A DNA stretch of 63,037 nt, filler included, from Lenisia limosa (lineage: Eukaryota; Protista; Breviatea), in the NCBI GenBank assembly GCA_001655205.1. It is 11 parts of 11 records of this genome, joined end to end, with 100 filler letters (N's around TTAATTAATTAA, not from the genome) between each part and the next. Parts side by side here need not be neighbours in the genome. Positions count along the whole stretch, not along the records: positions 58,112 to 59,709 come from LPNZ01007092.1; positions 59,810 to 61,913 come from LPNZ01009642.1; positions 62,014 to 63,037 come from LPNZ01000522.1; 8 more parts are not named here. One strand, 5' to 3'. The notes beneath the pieces are model-generated. The model saw only the letters and a program-made list of their open reading frames with translations, was not told the DNA's origin and ran no database searches. This document shows, in pieces, positions 58,703 to 63,037 of this stretch (position 1 is the stretch's first letter; every line of letters begins with the position of its first letter). The position numbers were made by a program, and so were the translations under genes.

Positions 58703-60621
58703 GGCAAGACTTATCGCGGTCATTGTGCTTGAAATAATAGTTTTGCCCTCACTCACCATATAGACCCGAATGAACCGCGTGTTTCGTCTGTGAACTGGCG
58801 TCCAGAGGTTGGATGTATTGAAGAAAATGGGGAGGGAGGGGTTGAAAGCATGTGACATGGCAATTGGGGGTAGTAATACAAAACCCTGGATGAGACCGGA
58901 GAAGCGCAGTGAAAGCTGAAGAATTGGCGTGAAGGTCACAACCTGCTATTTCACATATTCCCCCTCCTTCGAAAATGCTTAGCTTACAGAGTAAATTTTC
59001 CTATTTTACCCCCCCCCCCCNNNNNNNNNNCGAGAAATCCCCGAAAACTATCGATATTTTCCCCGAACCGAACCGAAGCCATTGTTATTAGACCACATTT
59101 TGATAATTTTCACACGTGTGAACTGTCATATGAGAATTGACCAACAACAGGTCTTAATGATACTATGATACACTCGGTATAAATCCTCGTGTTATCTTCT
59201 TTCATCATTTCGACTCGAAAGTCGGTCACANNNNNNNNNNTCAGTATCGCCGCGATACAGGTGAAGGGAGAGGTAGTTCTATTGCAATCATATTAACTGT
59301 CGTGGCAGGGGGTTTGGTTATCCAAAGAATATATTTCTTCTGTGTCCAAGACTATTTCTTCTCTATTTAAGATCAGGCCTAACTCTGTAGTCTAAAATTG
59401 AGCCAAAGCCAATTGAGGAAGGCGTTGTCAAGGTTGGTGATTACATAGCATATAGAGGGGAAATATAACAAGCCGTCCACACCATCACGATAATAGAGAT
59501 ATTGGAATATGGTATAAATCATTACTTTATTCGATTAGGTCGTTTTGAGAGCAAAACTTAAATTAATGGCACAATTTATAGCGAGTAATATGCCATATGC
59601 AACATATCGATTTATCATAATATGTTATTATTAATATCATGTTCAAAGAAGAAGCCCCTTTTCACCCTTTTGGTTTCATTCATTTCCTTGAGAAAACTTG
59701 AGTTTACTCNNNNNNNNNNNNNNNNNNNNNNNNNNNNNNNNNNNNNNNNNNNNTTAATTAATTAANNNNNNNNNNNNNNNNNNNNNNNNNNNNNNNNNNN
59801 NNNNNNNNNGGGGGGGGGGGGGGTCAAGAGGGTAGATGTTGGTATTATTAATGATGGATTAATGATGATGCTGGTGTTGTTGTTATTGTTGTTCTTTTTG
59901 TTGGTATTGATGATGATGATGAAAACATGTATGGTGGTGAGATGATGAAGCTCTGATTTTTTTTGTTTGTTTTCGTTGTTGTTTTGTTTTTTGTGTGTGT
60001 GAGTGATTGAGGTGTCATGATAAGGTGATAAATGATATTGTCTGTTGGTTTGATACTAGCCCATAAGGAAGAGNNNNNNNNNNNNNNNNNNNNNNNNNNN
60101 NNNNNNNNNNNNNNNNNNNNNNNNNNNNNNNNNNNNNNNNNNNNNNNNNNNNNNNNNNNNNNNNNNNNNNNNNNNNNNNNNNNNNNNNNNNNNNNNNNNN
60201 NNNNNNNNNNNGCTGCCTTGTAGATCATTACGATAGCGGCCTTCTTTTACTGTGGTACAAAACCGTGATTGAAGTTATACCTGCTTTGGTAAACTACAAC
60301 AATCGCACCCAGTACAATAGGGTATTCAAATCAAAGGCCTTTGATACCCTCTTTTTTTTATCCTTATCTGTTGTTTGTATAATATGTATTTACCTCATTA
60401 CTTGGGTTGTTTGATGTTTGTTTACTCATCTCCTTAATGCAGTTTAATGTTTAACACTTCTTTAGGCAGTATGCTCTTCCTGATTGGCTCATTACTGTAC
60501 CTAGGCATGACATTCCAGAACTCTTTTCCTGATATCGTGGGCAAGGGGGCTTTTGGTGAGGTAGATCATATGTTTTCCAGTTTAAACTATATTTACTATT
60601 GGATGTGTCAATAAACATGAA

Positions 60622-60697
60622 TAGTGACCGTGACAAGTCTTGACCTATTTTCCTGAGGAAAGCAGAGAGCAAATTGGTCAAGCTTATTACGTCATAT
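60622..60697. mobile_element. Tc1/mariner-type MITE family C, diverged copy
   Basis: TAGTGACCGTGACAAGTCTTGACC...GGTCAAGCTTATTACGTCATA. Confidence 0.7.
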
Positions 60698-62013
60698 ATT
60701 AGTTGTTAAACTATCATATGATATACATTACATGTAGCTTTACTATTTGCAGTCTCATTATTAGTTCTCATTTCCACGTATTTATTTGTCTAGCTGGATT
60801 TTATTTAATACTGTTACTTTTCATTTGATGTATATCAGGGATGGCAGTGAATGTATCAAGGGGGGTAGCGAATGATATCATATCAAAACCATGTTGTGTA
60901 CATATCATATTATATAATAGGGTATAAGGGACTGTACGGGCAGGAAGCGAAATACCCATGATTTACATTGGGAATGCTTATTCCTATATGATATTATTAC
61001 TTGGGAATTGAACAATCTTTCTTTTCAACACAATTCACCCCTTGGCTCTANNNNNNNNNNNNNNNNNNNNNNNNNNNNNNNNNNNNNNNNNNNNNNNNNN
61101 NNNNNNNNNNNNNNNNNNNNNNNNNNNNNNNNNNNNNNNNNNNNNNNNNNNNNNNNNNNNNNNNNNNNNCAACATGATTTTGGTGGGTTTTTTGTTTCGT
61201 GTTTCTGGCACTAACCACTTAGGTTCCACTGACCTACGAAGATGCCAACTTGATGGGGTTTGAAGGGGGGTTTTTTGGACAATAAAAGATAAGTATATTT
61301 CAGTTAGAGGCGGCGAGCATTGGGTGTACAGAATTGGGTGTACAGAATTGGGGGTTTATTGGTATGTGTATGATGGGGTTACTGCGATCGGAGAAACAGA
61401 AATATGGTGGCGTAATGTGGTAAATGACGGAGTGAATATTGTTATCCCATATAAACGTGATGGAGTGGACGGCTTCCTTACCTCCTCTTTCCCCAGGGTT
61501 TTTCTATGTAGTCAGCTCATTTCTTTGTTTGTTTTGTTGTTATCNNNNNNNNNNNNNNNNNNNNNNNNNNNNNNNNNNNNNNNNNNNNNNNNNNNNNNNN
61601 NNNNNNNNNNNNNNNNNNNNNNNNNNNNNNNNNNNNNNNNNNNNNNNNNNNNNNNNNNNNNNNNNNNNNNNNNNNNNNNNNNNNNNNNNNNNNNNNNNNN
61701 AACTTCCCCCCCTCCAGTCTATTAGCATCGGCGTTGTTCGTAATTGGTTCGGCTCTGTTCCTCGCCGACTCCCAGGCGATATTGTGATCTTTGATCAAGG
61801 CAATGGTTATGATTTCAGGTTAGCATAAAACATTGTTATTATTGATCATCTCAATAACCTACACATATGCCCTTGTACGACAACCCTTTACTTTCATTGT
61901 AGTATATATAATANNNNNNNNNNNNNNNNNNNNNNNNNNNNNNNNNNNNNNNNNNNNTTAATTAATTAANNNNNNNNNNNNNNNNNNNNNNNNNNNNNNN
62001 NNNNNNNNNNNNN

Positions 62014-63037
62014 TGCGTGGTCGCCAAGCCAGCCTCAGTATCCTGCGGAAGCCCAGTGTTGAGGTTCCATACCAGGACGGAGGTCTTGGTTTTGATGCTG
62101 ATGGTTTGGCTAGCAAACGACTGCTTCTCGAACGCCCGTCGCGTGATGAGACTGAGGGGGGGGGGTGAAATTTGAAATTATGATATATAATTAGGGCTTC
62201 ACTTTGGTTCGAAAAAAACCAGGAAAACATCGATAGTTTTCGAGGATTTATTGAGAAATTCAGCCTTTTTTCGAACCGAAGTGAATCCCTATATAGTATA
62301 TATAATAATAGCCCAAAATCAACTCAGTTGACAAGAAACGCACTAGGGTTAACAACAAAACAAACAAAGCCCAGCGCTTCGAGATTATTTGTTTGTTATG
62401 ACTGTAATCTTGGCAAACCTGGAGGGTCTTTTCCTGCAGCAAATGGACACACAGTTGCTGATGCACCCTGAAAGAAGGTTAACAAAAGAAACCACTTAGC
62501 TATTAAAAACGGGCAAAAAAGAATAAGGGGGGGAGGGGATTGGGATCATTGCTGATCATCTTTGGTAAATATATGATAATAATATAACATAGAAACCAGA
62601 GTAAAAACTGTACTATGTAATCCTTTTATTAGTAGTAGATATGAAAAAGAGTATATTCTATCTTGGATCGGGTTGTTTTAATCGAGAATAGTCTTTTTTT
62701 GAACCTTAGGTCTGTTATAGTCCCCCTCCGCCACCTCTTGAATAAGGGTTGTCTTCATTATCCTCCATGAAAGACGCTTTGATCTCCTCATTAGTTGTTC
62801 GATTTGAGCAGATCTGATGAGTGTCAATTCGTAAAGATTGATTATAAACCTACGATAGATCACGCTGCATGATTAATATTCATGTATGTGTCTTATACAT
62901 GGTACTCTCACGGTAATACTCATAATAATACTCCTATTCTATTTACATGGTAGTCTAGGATACTTCTACAGCAAACAGCAGACACAGCTGATAGAGGATA
63001 GGGTATGTTAGCTACAGAGAGGTAACCTCCGAGTCCA
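62014..63037 (-). CDS. Exons of an unidentified gene, partial
   Basis: Open GT-AG-bounded segments ~62014-62151 (LITRRAFEKQSFASQTISIKTK...), ~62419-62467, ~62742-62816 and ~62948-63037. Confidence 0.45.
62152..62381 (-). repeat. R1 repeat ending at a putative acceptor, interrupted by a hAT MITE
   Basis: Minus strand GAAGCGCTGGGCTTTGTTTG...GAGTTGATTTTGGGC [MITE] ...AATTTCACCCCCCCCCCTCAG|TCTC; AG at 62152-62153. Confidence 0.8.
62192..62291. mobile_element. hAT MITE family A inserted into R1
   Basis: TAGGGCTTCACTTTGGTTCG...CGAACCGAAGTGAATCCCTA; flanks TATATAAT/TATAGTAT (6/8). Confidence 0.9.

Overview
Intron-rich, AT-rich, transposon-laden eukaryotic draft sequence (protist-like; the organism cannot be identified from this window). 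It is not one locus: ten identical 100-nt spacers (44 N + TTAATTAATTAA + 44 N) join 11 separate scaffolds, so gene order across spacers is meaningless. Recognisable host genes: a near-complete bacterial-type bifunctional aldehyde/alcohol dehydrogenase adhE (42910-46867, at least 12 introns), a partial BIG/Sec7 Arf-GEF filling scaffold 50443-58011, an NPRL3-like GATOR1 subunit, a tandem-WW protein (Prp40/TCERG1-like), a rho-class-like GST with an N-terminal extension, an ankyrin-repeat protein, a small EF-hand protein and a long E/K/R-rich protein. Mobile DNA includes a multi-copy hAT MITE group with 8-bp TSDs, a CAGTG/TA Tc1-mariner-type MITE family, a long-TIR foldback MITE, and decayed DIRS/Ngaro-like, pogo-like, piggyBac-like and Kolobok/Mutator-like relics. 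The most unusual signal is an unclassified ~140-nt repeat (R1). It lies in host sense orientation wherever host strand can be inferred, and in several introns its end coincides with the 3' splice acceptor, which is Introner-like behaviour. All exon models and family assignments were made by manual translation and motif recall, without database searches.
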